Source of the DNA: Octopus sinensis | Lineage: Eukaryota | Direction: 5' to 3' | DNA: 64,000 bases | Assembly: GCF_006345805.1 (NCBI RefSeq) | Contig: NC_043002.1 | Span: forward strand, 81,034,001 to 81,098,000 | In this document: in pieces, positions 26,801-40,287 of the stretch | Layout of the letters: the number at the start of each line of letters is the position of its first letter | How positions within the stretch are numbered: the stretch's first letter is position 1 | The notes under the pieces: model-generated | Told to the model about the DNA's origin: nothing | The model's database searches: none | What the model saw: the letters and a program-made list of their open reading frames with translations, nothing else | Program-made: the position numbers and the translations under genes

Positions 26801-28138
26801 ACGTAGGAAGAGGAAGACGGAAGAAAAGCGAAGTGTTGAAGGAAAAGAAGTGGGATAGCAAAAATACAAAATAACATAAATAAAAAGAATAAATAAATTG
26901 AAAGAAAGAATTACAGGAATGAATAAATGACAGACTGACTGAATGAAAATGAATGAAATGAATGAATGCAATGAACGAAATAAAATAAAAATCAGATGAA
27001 ATGAAATGAAATGAAATGAGGGGAAAAGATTTATCTCGACAAGATTTAATCCATTAAATTTATGTCGGTAGTTTGCGAGACGTTTCGTTAATTTCAGTAA
27101 ATGTAGAACGATATTAAATCGTGAAGAATGCTGACTGGTATTTAAGCGAACCACATGAAAGAATTCAGAAATATTACAAAAAAAAAGAAAAAGAAAATAA
27201 GAAAAAAAAATCAACAAAAATTTTTTTGAAAAACTAGAAAAAAATACTCTAACCATTATTAAAATAACATGGCTTCCGTATTTTAGCAGCTTTAATGTTC
27301 TATTCCTTTACATTCGGCATTTCTATTGATTTCTCTTTATTCTCGATATATTTGTTGTTGGTGTTTTTATGTTTTTTCCTTCTTTTTTTTCGTTTTTAGT
27401 TTTCTTTTTTTTTTGTCACTTTGCTTGTTTGTTCGTCATAAATAATTGTGATGGATGCATGAAAGTTGCGTCATAAATGATGTAAATTATGACGTCAGAA
27501 CAACGACTTTTGCTCTTCTTATGATGCCACTTGTCTTTCTTAATCCAACAATATACGTCTCATTGAAATGAGTGGGGGTTTTCCATTATTCATTATTTCA
27601 GCACTTCTTATTTTATTCAGTTTTAATACAATTCAGTTATATAATCGTACTCAGTCGTATATATGTGGGCGCATATGTACGGAACATTTATGTATATATA
27701 CGTGTATATATATGTATATATTCTTTAAGTTCCTTTACGTGAAACATTTTTGATTATGCATATAAAAGCTTGTATTTTATGTCAACCAACTAGCAATAGC
27801 AGTTTTATGGAGTTGTATCGAGCTGTGCCGATACAATGTAGGATACATATAGTAATTATAATAATCCATGGAAGGAATTTACAAATAGTTTGATGCATTG
27901 CTACGTGTGTTTCAACAAATCGAATGTTTCTTACGATCATAGTCCACATTCCCGAGAATATATGTGTGGGAATATATATATACAGGTATCGATGTATATA
28001 TGTATAGACAAATGCATGTGTATATCTACATATATATATAAACATTCTACAATAAATTTAACCCAATTCTCAGTATTGACCCTGGCTATTAAATTTTCGA
28101 CTGAAATTTTTACTTTAAAAATAACTTAACTTTAACAT

Positions 28139-28231
<93 letters not shown>

Positions 28232-28283
28232 ATGAAAAAACAAGTCAAAAATAGAAAATGCTAAGATGATTTTATAGTGAATC

Positions 28284-28327
28284 TTTCAGTACCGGTTTCG
28301 GTCATTTTGAGACCTTTTCAATTGTAA
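28284..28327 (-). ncRNA. degenerate PLE-type hammerhead motif with U3:A8 core
   Basis: UUACAA-UUGAAAA-GGUC(UCAAAAU)GACC-GAA-ACCGGU-A-CUGAAA; stem I pairs at only 4 of 6 positions. Confidence 0.5.
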
Positions 28328-28464
28328 CGATTAAATAATTAAATTTAGAAAAATTAGAAGAAAAGTTTTTTTAAAAGAATATTTCTCTAGTAGTGTTCAG
28401 ATATAAGTAGCATTCTGCCTTTCTCTGACTCCCTTGTTTGCACTTGTGTGTTCGAGGTCGTTAT

Positions 28465-28495
<31 letters not shown>

Positions 28496-28497
28496 AT

Positions 28498-28573
<76 letters not shown>

Positions 28574-28684
28574 TGTGTGTGTTGTGTGTGATATTTTGTG
28601 TATTCCAGATATTTTGTAATGGAACTACACACCAATCATATGAAGAATAGCAAGACACCAATTACTTGATGAAATATGGGTTTC

Positions 28685-28900
28685 AAATTTGACACATGGT
28701 CAGAAATTTCGTGGGAAGGAACAAGTCGATTACATCGATTGCAGTGCATATTTGGCACGTGTGTCATCGAACCCTGAAAGGGATGAACGGCAACGTCGAC
28801 CTTCGTGGCAGTTGAACTCAGAACGTAAAGATGGACGAAATGCTGCTAAGCATTTTTGCCCGGCGTGCTATCGATTCTACCAGCTCACTGCATTCTTTAC
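28685..28900 (-). mobile_element. SINE family B
   Basis: Reverse complement of the family-B body (GAACTCAGAACGTAAAG). Confidence 0.7.
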
Positions 28901-29269
28901 TTCCCTGTTGAAATATTACCATGTATCATTACACCGCATATCCTGTGTCAAATACCTTGTAAATATATATAGTAAAGAATATTTTGTGAGCTTATATACA
29001 TCATTTATTTCGAATAATACAATCTATTATTGCTTTAGCACTATTGGTATTTCCTGAACTTCTCAAGATAATTTTTTATTATTATTCATTCCGAGAGTAA
29101 ACAAAGCTTTGATCTCTCGATATTTTTGCGGGTTCTTTTTTTCTCTTAGCCATAAATGTTTTTGTTCAGGTGCTTGAATGACATGAGCTGATGTGAACGA
29201 TTGTAGGAGACCGAGATACGTACGGATTAATATAGCGTTATACATATATATATATATATATATCACCAT

Positions 29270-29478
29270 GTTGATTCGCTAGCTTCTGCACGCATTTTTT
29301 TTCTCTCCTTTTTTCTCTCCGTGTTTCTTTTCTGTGTATCTTTCTGTTGAAGAGCGTAGGCTCGAAACGTAAAAGACTTGTTTTATTTATATTCCTGAGC
29401 GCCATACTAATACAATTGTTTGTTTGTATTCCACCTGCCTTCGTCTTTTGTTTATTTTCATAAAGCTTCCCGTTATAT
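29270..29478 (+). mobile_element. PLE-terminus-like repeat containing an A6U hammerhead-like motif (29339-29376)
   Basis: UCUUU-CUGUUGA-A-GAGC(GUAG)GCUC-GAA-ACGU-A-AAAGA; homologous to 34041-34215. Confidence 0.65.
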
Positions 29479-29594
29479 GTACGTATACATACATACAAGA
29501 GTTTGCTGAAAAGTGGCAAGCATTGGGTAAATGAAGTACATGAAAACAATTGGTATTCCTCATGCAAGATGAGAAAGGGCCAATTTTTTTTTTT

Positions 29595-30260
29595 TATCCA
29601 AAGCCATCAAGGACAGGAGGAAAGACCACGCTACGAAGATTGTGAACAAACTCAAGTATCCCCTCCAACCAAATATGCTTTGATATTTCTCATACAAGAA
29701 AAATTTCTGCCAGGATCAGATGGTGAACACACACAACAACCGTTGGCTCGCCGTATCCCCAAAACGTCCCGAGAGTGATAAAAAACAGACACCCAATCAA
29801 CATCATTATATTTAAAATGATCACTAGTGATGGTGGCGTTATGCCTTCATTCATCTTCCCACACGGCCTCACACTCAACACGGAAGCCTACATCAAGTGC
29901 CCAGAGAAGGTAGTGCTGTCCTGAGTCAAGAGGGTGGCTGCTGGAAGACCCTATGTCTGGCGACAGGACTCTGCACCATGCCACACAAGCAGGATATCCT
30001 AGTTATGGCTGTTAGACAATTTCTGCCACCACATCACCCCTAACATCTGGCCACCTAACTCCCAAGACTGCAACCCACTTGATTATTATGTGTGGGGTAC
30101 ACTTGATCGAGACACCAACAAAACTCCTTGTAACACCAAAGATGAACTGAAGGCAAGGATTACGGCAGCATTCACTATCATAAACAAGGAGACCGTCCAG
30201 AAGAGTTGTAGAAGTCGTTTGGGGGCTATGGTTGAAAACAATAGCGATTATATTAGCTAA
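29595..30260 (+). pseudogene. IS630-Tc1-mariner transposase fragment, maT/DD37D-like
   Basis: KNFCQDQMVNTHNNRWLA, TSDGGVMPSFIFPHGL, GRPYVWRQDSAPCHTS, IWPPNSQDCNPLDYYVWG; stops and frameshifts. Confidence 0.8.
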
Positions 30261-30479
30261 ATTTGCTCTTTCGTATTTCAAGATTTTTTATAGCTTTTGA
30301 ATGAAAATAGTCCATCTAGACATTTTTTTCTGAAAATGAAGAGTAATGATACATATTAAGCATACATTGGGTACATATTTAACAGAAAACCATATTATTA
30401 TAGCATTTACTGATATAATGAATTATTTAGCTACATGAGCGCCATTTAGACGGATAACTTAAAAAACCCTATTAGTTAT

Positions 30480-30918
30480 AGACTCTGTCAATTTCTTGAT
30501 AGTAGCTGGTTGGACTGCCTCTGCTGCAGCTTTGATGGTCGCGCATAAGAAAATTTTCGACGTAAATTGGTGTCCATCGGCGTAAGCATCTTGTTTAATG
30601 AGGGATCAAAGATTTTCGATAGAGCTGAGATCCAGAGTTGCTGGTGGCCATACTATCAACCTTTCACCTTGAATGCCGTTGGACCTTAGTAATGTTTGGC
30701 TGGTCCTAGCAGAGTTATGTATTAATACGAGATTCCTTGGAAGTGACAGCGGTATGTCATCAAGCCAAGGATCCAAGACCTCCTTCAGGAGATTGCAGTA
30801 GGCGTCTTCGGTCACTTTAAACACTTCAAGCACCTTGACTGAGCCAATAAGTCTCTCCGCAATGATATCAGCCCACAACATGACTCCTCCACCCTGTTGT
30901 TGACGACGTAAACATTGG
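30480..30918 (-). pseudogene. Tc1-like transposase fragment
   Basis: RQQQGGGVMLWA, YCNLLKEVL, WPPATLDLSSIENL (WPxxSPDLNPIENL-like). Confidence 0.75.
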
Positions 30919-31959
30919 AACATTGGAACTCGGCATTAACCATGAATTACATAAAGAACCTGAAACCACTGCCACTAAACAAGCAAAACGGGTCAAACAG
31001 ACTGCAAAAAAGAACGGGCAGAAACAAATTGAGGAGCGGTGGAGCCAGAAGTCTCTGCATAGACGGTATATACTTCGAAGCCGAAATGCTGGTGTAGAAC
31101 AAGCAACAACTCCTAAGTGGCTGAGAAGCTCAGGACTGAAAGTAGATGTTGAAGGTTTCATATAGCGGCACAAGATCAAAGATTGCTTGCCAAAAACTAC
31201 CAGGCTAACGTTCTTCAAAACGGTTCTAACCCTAAATGCAGATTCTGCGATGAATTTGATGAAGAAATAGAACATCTCGTCTCTGTATATCCTGTGCTGA
31301 CACCTAACGAATACAAAACCGCCACGATAGGGTAGGACAGTATTTACATTGGAAAATATATAAACACTACAAAATCAGTACTTCTGCTTACTGGTATGAA
31401 CATCATCCTTAGCCAGTCGTTAAAGATAAAAATGTCACTACCCTCGGGGGATTTTCCAGTGAACACCGACAGAACGATTCAGGCTAATCGCTCAGACATA
31501 GTTATTAAAGACTGGGACGAAAATACTTGTAGACTAATAGATGTAATTGTTCCTACTGATAAAAATATATCTGTAAAGGAATTTGACAAATTAAGTAAAT
31601 ATAAGGAGCTGGAAATTGAAATACAGAAGATGTGTTATCTTAAAGCGAGAACAGTTCCTGATATTGTGGGAGCCCTAGGTATGATAAGAAAAGGATGTCA
31701 GAAAAAATAGATAATATCCCAGGAGAACCATGTCTAAGGGAAATCCAAAAGATTGTGCTAACAAGTATTGCCCATATCCTCAGAAAAAAACAATCAATTC
31801 ACATTTCTATGTTGTATTACATGAAGATATTTCGCTATGCCCCTGCTGCTTCCCCTCCTCAAGCTTTCAGTCATACTCTAACATCACTTATCCTTCACTC
31901 GCCCTAGGATACTGGGTGTGTCTCGACGAGTGATTGTAACAAACATGCAGATTAAAAGT
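30919..31959 (+). mobile_element. 5'-truncated R4/Dong-like LINE (CCHC, RLE endonuclease, 3' UTR) ending in (TAA)n
   Basis: KWLRSSGLK..EGFI, AQDQ, CRFC..EEIEHLVS, NRSDIVIKD, LIDV..PTDKNISVKEFDKLSKY, VGALG, IQKIVL; (TAA)n at 31960-32018. Confidence 0.85.
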
Positions 31960-31960
31960 A

Positions 31961-32019
<59 letters not shown>

Positions 32020-32390
32020 AATTTTCTACTCTAGGCACAAGGCCCGAAATTTTTGAGGAGGGGCCAGTCGATTAGATCGACCCCCAGTATGCAACTGGTA
32101 CTTAATTTATCGACTCCGAAAGGATGAAAGGCAAAGTTGTCCTCGGCGGAATTTGAACTCAGAACGTAAAGGCAAACGAAATACCGCTAAGCATTCTTTT
32201 CTTTTCCAGACACAAGGCCCGAAATTTTGGGGGAGGGGGCCAGTCGATTACATCGACGCCAGTACGCAACTGGTACTTAATTTATCGACCCCGAAAGGAT
32301 GAAAGTCAAAGTCAACCTCGGCAGAATTTGAACTCAGAACGTAAATACAGAAGAAGTACCGGCACGCTAAAGTTTCTGCCAGGTCGCCTT
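32020..32390 (-). mobile_element. two tandem SINE family B copies
   Basis: CACAAGGCCCGAAATTTT...GAATTTGAACTCAGAACGTAAA occurs twice. Confidence 0.8.
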
Positions 32391-32449
32391 ATGTGTGTGT
32401 GTGTGTGTGTATACATGCATACATACATACATACATACATATATATATC

Positions 32450-32482
<33 letters not shown>

Positions 32483-34040
32483 ATAACTTTAAATATTTAT
32501 ATCCATACGCACATGTGTATGCATGTATATACATAGAGAGAGAGAGACAGACAGACAGACAGAAGAAAATGCATCTGTGCATGCGTGCCTAAACAGATAT
32601 ACACAGAGTGAAAATCACCAGTATATATATATGCGTCTGCCTATATATACGAAGCATAAAATATCTATATCTGTGTACGTGCGCGTTTCAGCTAATGTGT
32701 GTGTATGTTTCTATGTGTTTGTCTGTGTGCGTGCGCGCGTGCATGTGTGCATGCGAGTATGTGTATGTGTATGTCTCTCCCGCTTTCACTCTTATAATTA
32801 CACAATCTATAAAAACTGAATGTTTTGTGCGTTTAATGATTTCCAATAACATATTCTTCTAAGTTTCTTTTCTAACAATTGTCTCGTAAACACTGAAATT
32901 ATATTGAAACAAATTTCTGATCTTTTATTTTTAATACTTTCTTCACGGGTTCGATTTTTCCTGATTACTCTTTGTTGTAATATTTACAAAATAAAAAAAA
33001 AGAGTTAAAGGTAAAGAGGGGAAAAAAGAAAGGTGAAAGAAAAACTACCACCAGGTCAACTTTCTCTTTCATCCATCCGGAGTCAATAAAATAAGTACAG
33101 CAATCAAAGAATTGAGATCGATATAATCGACTATACACTCACGACCAGCCCCCTCCCTGCCGAAATATGTGGTCTTGTGCCTGTGTATGAAATCGATATA
33201 TTTGTGGTTAAGTAACGAATACCGGTTGAGTGAATTTTGTCTTTCATATCTTTCGGAATCAATTTCAAATAAAGAAAGTACCAGTCAAGAACTGAGGGGT
33301 GGACAAATTGTTCGATTTTGTCCTTCGTTAAAAGGGTCGATTTATCGATCGTACCCTTCATTAAATGGCGTCGATACAACTGATTGTGTTGTTCGTGAAA
33401 TGTTTGTCGCCTTGTATACCAAGGTTAGTTTCTATTGTTGTTGTCGATATTATTGTTGTTGATTACATTATTGAACGACGTTATTGTTATCATCGGTTTT
33501 ATGTTTTCTTTTTTTTTTTTTTCGCTTTTTTAATTTCGTTTGTTTTTTTTTTCCATTTCAGTATCACCGTGATTGAACCGATTTATGATCAAAGACAATC
33601 CAGCCTTGTCCATCCAATGTCTTTTTTTTTTCTTTAGTAATTGGCCCAGCTATATAGGTTCACGCTATTAAATGTGTCCTTCCTCCTTTAAGATGATGCA
33701 GTGTAATTTTAAGGAAATTTGCTTGGGATGTAATGCACTTAGTAAGACATTGAAGATCCCTTTAATTTCTATTACTGTTCTTGCTTTTATCTTCTATTTG
33801 TTTCAGTTGTTAGACAGGGACCATGATGGAGAAACGCCCTAAAGGATTTAGACAAAGAAATCGACCTCAGTGCTTTATTGCTTTTAAGTTGCTACTTATT
33901 CTCTCGGTTCCTATAGCCGATCCGCTAAGTTATAAGCACGTGAACAAAACAACACCAGTTATGAAACTGCAGTGGGGGACAAACACACGTACATAACTAC
34001 ATACGCCACATGTATGTATGTATCTATATATATATATATA

Positions 34041-34215
34041 TGTCGCTAGCCACTACACATTCTTTATTTTCTCTCTTTGTTTCTTTCTGTGGAAGAGCGT
34101 AGGCTCGAAAGGTTAAAGACTTTTTCACTTCCCGAGCGTTATACTAATACATTTGTTTGTTGTCCACACCACCTGTCTTCGTCTTTTGTTTTGGTTTTTG
34201 AATTCTCTCTATTCA
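34041..34215 (+). mobile_element. second copy of the PLE-terminus-like repeat with A6U hammerhead-like motif (34082-34119)
   Basis: UCUUU-CUGUGGA-A-GAGC(GUAG)GCUC-GAA-AGGU-U-AAAGA; downstream sequence matches 29377-29460. Confidence 0.6.
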
Positions 34216-34237
34216 CACGCACACACACACACACACA

Positions 34238-34325
<88 letters not shown>

Positions 34326-34753
34326 GCACGTGCCGTCAGTGATTAGTCAGGGTAGGCAGCTGGTGACGTTTATATAGTAAAACACTCAAAAAAGAGATAA
34401 GCAAAACATAGGGGTGCGACTCAGTTGGAAGCAGAATTACTTCTGCCTTTACACCGCGTAAAGAAAACGTTGTAGGAATGTAAGCAGTACGTGTACTAGC
34501 GCAGTACTATACGTAGTTTTAATACTGATGCTGAAAGGCAGGGGCGAATTATTCCTACCTAATCTGCGAAAAATAAGATATTTTGATCTTCTATGCATTG
34601 TAACCAGGGTAACTTTCATAATTTTATGGAATTAGGTGCATATTTTGCCATAAAAGGAAAATGTTACTATCGATCTATTTTAATCAAGGTAGGCACTGCC
34701 TACCTTGCTTACCCAGCCGGCACGTCCCTGATATATATATATATATATATATA

Positions 34754-34800
<47 letters not shown>

Positions 34801-34829
34801 GTGTGTGTGTATATATATATACATATATA

Positions 34830-35103
34830 TAAGTGGTTTGATCAATAATTGTCCATACTGTTGCCATAGTAAGGAAGCTAAAACACACAGAGTGGAGCCG
34901 CTTGAATCCCGTTGTGCATGCACACTAAGTTGTAATTTCCTAGCTCACTTCCGCTGTTTACAGCACTGCTAGGAAGGAATATGTGTAACGTGTGCTCGTC
35001 GCATTGACCATGACAGAGAAGGTTGAGCAGAGAATCTGCATCAAATTTTGCCAAAAGCTTGGGGATACCTGCTCAGACGCCTACGCAAAATTTCAAAAAG
35101 TTT
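34830..35103 (+). mobile_element. mariner 5' end fragment
   Basis: MTEKVEQRICIKFCQKLGDTCSDAYAKFQKVF (mariner N-terminal HTH) with upstream leader. Confidence 0.7.
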
Positions 35104-35640
35104 TCATCCTTCTCGACACAATCAAAGGAAATCTTGAGCAACTGAAACCCGAGTCTCTTTTCCGTCGCAAATTTGGCAGATACGCGTCTCATAGCCAAAT
35201 CTTCGGTGATAATGGTCCTAACTGAACCGTAACTAATCTGCACATACCCTGATAACTCACGTATGGGGATTCGACGATTTTGTCTCAAAACTGCACGCTC
35301 ATCTGCGATGTTTTCCTCAGTTCTGCTGGTTACGGGTCTCCCAGAACGTTCGTCAATATCGACAATTTTCGGCCATCTTGGAAACGTCTGAACTATTCAT
35401 ACACTTTTGTGCAGCTCATACGAGTGGTTCATACACTTTCTGTAATTTTCTGCAGGCCTCTGAGCGGGTATTGTCATGAGAACTTTCTCTGTCGTGGTCA
35501 AAGCTACGACCACACGCTACACACTGTCCTTCCAAGCACTGCTGTAAATAGTGAAAGTGAGGTAGAACGATAAATCTTAGTGCGCATGCACAGCAGAGTT
35601 CAAGGTCAATCTCTGCCAAGTAGCTTCACTCTGCGTGCTT
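35104..35640 (-). mobile_element. mariner 5' half fragment, inverted relative to the previous copy
   Basis: ERSGRP-like region, RQNRRIPIRELS...ITEDLAMRRVSAKF; leader homologous to 34880-35020. Confidence 0.75.
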
Positions 35641-36264
35641 TACCTTTCAGTTTCTGTCTGCCAAATCCATTCACAAGGATTTGGTCCGCCTTGGGATATA
35701 GTAAATGACATTTGTACAAGTTGTTGTGCGGTGTGTATGGACCCAAGATCATAACGTTAGTGGTCTCGCAGAAATTATAAGTTACCATGTTTCATAAGTT
35801 TAGAATTGGTGACTAGTAGAGGTATTTGTGCCAAAGTTAAAATTTCTTAATTGCTGGAAAAGAATATGGTAAATGGTTCAAATGGTTCAATACCAGAAGA
35901 AATACCTTGTGGTATTTACCTATCTTTAATTGTGAATTAAGATATTAGCAGCAACCCCTTTAGCTTTGATTCTTCTGATGTCTTATAAAATATATTTCAG
36001 CCAAGTACTAGTCTTTGCCTTAAAATTTGTGGCATTGTGACAATGGTAGAATTCGATAGCAATGATTTGGGATATTGGCGAAATGACATATTTTGGAGAA
36101 ATTGAGTTAATTTAATCAATACAGTATTTCAGTCGGGTGAAAAGTTCCAGTCAATGCGTATTTTATAGTAAATTTAACTCGTCTGGGTATCCTCCATCAC
36201 GTCAGAAAATATTCCTTTGTCATTCTTAGAATTGCTTTTAAGATAACCTCTCTTTAAAATTAGT

Positions 36265-37510
36265 TTCAAATTTTGGCACATGGCTAGCAAGTTCATGGTG
36301 GGATGTATATAAGTTGATTAACTCGACCCCAGTGTTCAACTGGTACTTATTTTTCGAACATGAAAGGATGAAATGACAAAGTCAACCTCTGCGGAATTTG
36401 AACTCAGAACGTAAAGACGGACGAAATGCTGCTAAGCATTATGCCCGGCGTGCTAACGATTCTGCTTACTCGCCACCTTTACCTCTTTTTAATATTAGTA
36501 CAACGAATAAGGTAGCTAGCCGGCAGAATCGTTAGCGTGCTGAGCAAAATGCTTAGCGGCATTTCGTCCGTCTTTACTTTCTGAGTTCAATTTCCGCCGA
36601 GGTCGACTTGCATTTTGTCCCTTTCCGTGTTGATAAAATAAGTACCAGTTGAGCACTGGGGTCGATGCAAACAACTTATCTTTTCCCCAAAATTGCTGGC
36701 TTTGTGCCAAACTTTGAAACCAATATTTAGTACAAAGAATGGGGCGAATTGGCAGAAACATTAACATGATAGAAAATTTTAATGGCGGTGCCCCAGCATG
36801 GCCACAGCTCGTGAGCTGAAACTAGATGAAACGAAAAATGAAATGAAATGAAATGCTGGGCAAAAAGCCTTCGTAGCATTTGGACCGTCTTCACTTGCTA
36901 AGTTCAAATCCTACCTAGGTGGGCTTTTAACCTTTCGTTCTGTTTAAGTCGATAAAATAAGCACCAGTTGAGAACTGGGGTCGATGTAACCGACTTACGC
37001 CCTTTCTCGAAACTGCTGTCCTTATGCCAAACTTTGCCAAACTAATATTTAGCACTCTGAATCGTTGGAATGCATATTGCTATGGAGTAATTATTCCGCT
37101 TCTTTATGACCTGATTTCAAATCCCGCCGATGTCAACTTTGCCTTTATTTCTTCTGGGGTCGAGGAAAAAATACCAGCCAAGTACTGGAGTTGATGTAAT
37201 CGTGTATCTCCTCTACTCAAAATTGCTGGCCTTGTACTTAAGTCGGAAAGAATTATTTCTAATATTATAAATAGCGGTGATTTGGTAAAATCGTTAAAGT
37301 TTCCGGTGAAAATTAAATACGATATTATCTGTGTCACTTTGTGTTGTAATTCTACCATGGCAATTTTCACCATTCATCCCTTCGAGTTGGAAAAAAAATT
37401 AAATTCAACTCCAAGTACTGGGTGGTTGTAATCAACTAGCTCCCAGATCAACTAGCCACGAATCGGCTAACCTGTCAAACCTCTGACTAGCTGCCTAAAT
37501 TAGAAAGAGT
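36265..37510. mobile_element. cluster of five SINE family B/A-mosaic copies (one minus, four plus)
   Basis: Repeated family-B motifs at ~36265-36478(-), 36515-36725, 36740-37050, 37055-37260, 37270-37510. Confidence 0.7.
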
Positions 37511-38003
37511 TATCACGTATCATTTAGTGCTGACTTCTATGGTACTGTTATCCACTATTTCCTTGATTGAACCACTGTTTCATTTTATGTTTTGCAAGAA
37601 GTAACAGCTAATTCTCTCTGAAATCAACCTACCGTCTTACGAAAGAAGGTCTCCAGTAGGTAATTCAATTCTGCGTATAATGTGTCTGAGAAGAAAGATG
37701 AGTGGGTTATGAATATAATATCTAATAAAGTTTGATCCAGAGCTAAACAACAACAGCAGCAAAAACAATAACACATAAGAGTGATACCTACCTCAGATAC
37801 AAAGCCACGCATTTGAATGTATTGACTGTTATAGTTGATTAAAATCATAAAAGCAATAACACCGACGCTCCATGGATTCTATCATCCACCGTCCTTAATA
37901 AAATCATAATTTTAATTAGTAGATTAAATTACAATACAGCTGACAAAGATAGAATTGCATGACCTTTATACAAATGCTGTTCAATTTCATTTCTATAAAT
38001 CTC

Positions 38004-38035
<32 letters not shown>

Positions 38036-38464
38036 TTCTGCAAGACAAAATTGAAAAACGTAAACTTCGGTATATTGTATAAATGACAAATACAGCTGCT
38101 GAATGAGTAAATATGTTTATTGTTTTTGTTTTGTATGTGTCATGTTTTGTTTACTTTTTTTTTCTCTTTCTTACTTATATTTGCAATGTTTATGTAATTT
38201 CGTTTTCTTGCTACCAGAAACGCTTACATTCTTTATACATGTTCTTATTTCTGATGTTCATTTGCGTACTGCGCAGCAATGTCTAATACTAAAGGTTAAA
38301 GAAGAGGAAGAAAAAAAAACGTCAGATTTTATATATTCAATTTTCATTCGATATAAAACTACATTAAACTACAATGTTTTTTTTTCTCCGTGATCAGTGG
38401 TTAAGAGACACTCATCTCTACATTGGTATTGCTGTTTTGCATAACAATACAACTATGCATATAT

Positions 38465-38512
<48 letters not shown>

Positions 38513-38700
38513 TATATAATATATATATACATACACATATATATACACACACATATATACACACACACACATATATATATTATATATTTGTGTGTGTGTG
38601 TGTATCCGTACACACACGTGCATGGACAGCGGCTGCATAGCATGCGATAGTCTGCTAGATATATATACTTACACACGCATACACGCCCATACACACACAG

Positions 38701-38852
<152 letters not shown>

Positions 38853-39493
38853 TATTTATCTATTTACCGAAATAACGCCAAAAGCAGTGCTCAGACATAA
38901 GCAAAGTTTAGTTTAGTTAAAATATGTTTGTGTCATATTTCAACTGCTAAAAGGCAAATTCACTGCACTTACGAAGAGAAAATTTTCTCTTTTGGAAAAA
39001 CGTTGTAAAAGCACCATATCTAGCTCTTTCGCTGTTATCAATGGAAAATATCTAAGAGAGGCAACTCTGGACAGACCCTATAAACATCGATGTTTGGGAA
39101 TCCTCATAGATGGTGACACTGAAGGTGTATGTTGTTTTTACACCTTTTTATCAAAAGAGAAAGTTTTCTCAGCGGTAAATGCAGTGACTTTGCTTTTAGT
39201 ACTTGAAATTTGTCACAAACAATTTTTGATTAACCTAAAGTATATATATGTAAGCAAAAATGCTAGTGACAAAATCTCTCTAAGAGATCGACGCAGTAGT
39301 TGTACTAACAAGTAATGTTCGTAGTTACTTCAACATGGTTGTCCGTTCAAACGTACTTTACTTCGATGTTTTAACCCAAGAGTACATCTCCTCTAGCTGG
39401 TTAACGATGCACGGTTGCATCCGAGATAATGCAAGCAGGGTAGCGAATACCTACCACCTTCAAGCGACAGGAGACCAGTATATGTATATGTAA

Positions 39494-39602
<109 letters not shown>

Positions 39603-39619
39603 CAAATTTTGGCGACACG

Positions 39620-40222
39620 TCCAGGCAATGAAAGTGTTACATTGGAAACTGCAAAAAATAGGGGCTAGAGAGAGACAAGACGTGGTATGAGAACAAACAG
39701 CAGATAGTGGCTGAGTCGCAGACTAGCAAAACTTTCTGGGATTTCCCACTCCAAACAGATCAGATGCTAGAGCATAACAGACCGGATTTAGTGGTGGTGG
39801 GCAAGGTGCGCCACATATGCTATATAGTTAACGTTGCATGCTCGTTTGACCCACGAATAGTCTAGAAGGAAGGCGAAAAGATAGATAGACACAACCCTCT
39901 TAAATACGAAATTGCCTGAAACACAACCCTCTTAAATACGAAATAGTCTGGCTATGGAAAATGAAGAAGGTGGAGACAGCGCCAATTATCGTTGGGTCCT
40001 TGTGAACAGTATCATAAGGCATCAGGAGGAATATAAAGGAAATTGGAATTGAGTGTCCAGTAGAACTGTTACAAATGTTTTACCTCATTGGCACGGCCAG
40101 AATAATCAGGAAAGTATTAGATAGCTGAAAAGAACGAATAGCATGGTACCGTAGGCTGCAGGTAGTAAGCCTGCTATGCATACAGGATCCAGGAGCTCCA
40201 ACAAAACCTGTGATAAAGAGAA
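39620..40222 (+). mobile_element. 5'-truncated R4/Dong-like LINE (RLE domain, 3' UTR) ending in (TAA)n
   Basis: FWDFPLQTDQMLEHNRPDLVVV, KEGEKIDR..LKYEI, PIIVGSL, GTARIIRKVL; 32-bp internal tandem duplication at ~39889-39945. Confidence 0.85.
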
Positions 40223-40231
40223 AATAATAAT

Positions 40232-40284
<53 letters not shown>

Positions 40285-40287
<3 letters not shown>

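Noticed and set aside
27490-27497. TGACGTCA CRE-like palindrome
   Set aside because: A single 8-mer is expected by chance in 64 kb, and there is no promoter context.
38965-39010. Hairpin plus GAAAAACGTT resembling a hammerhead
   Set aside because: No recognisable core and a disallowed G at the cleavage position.
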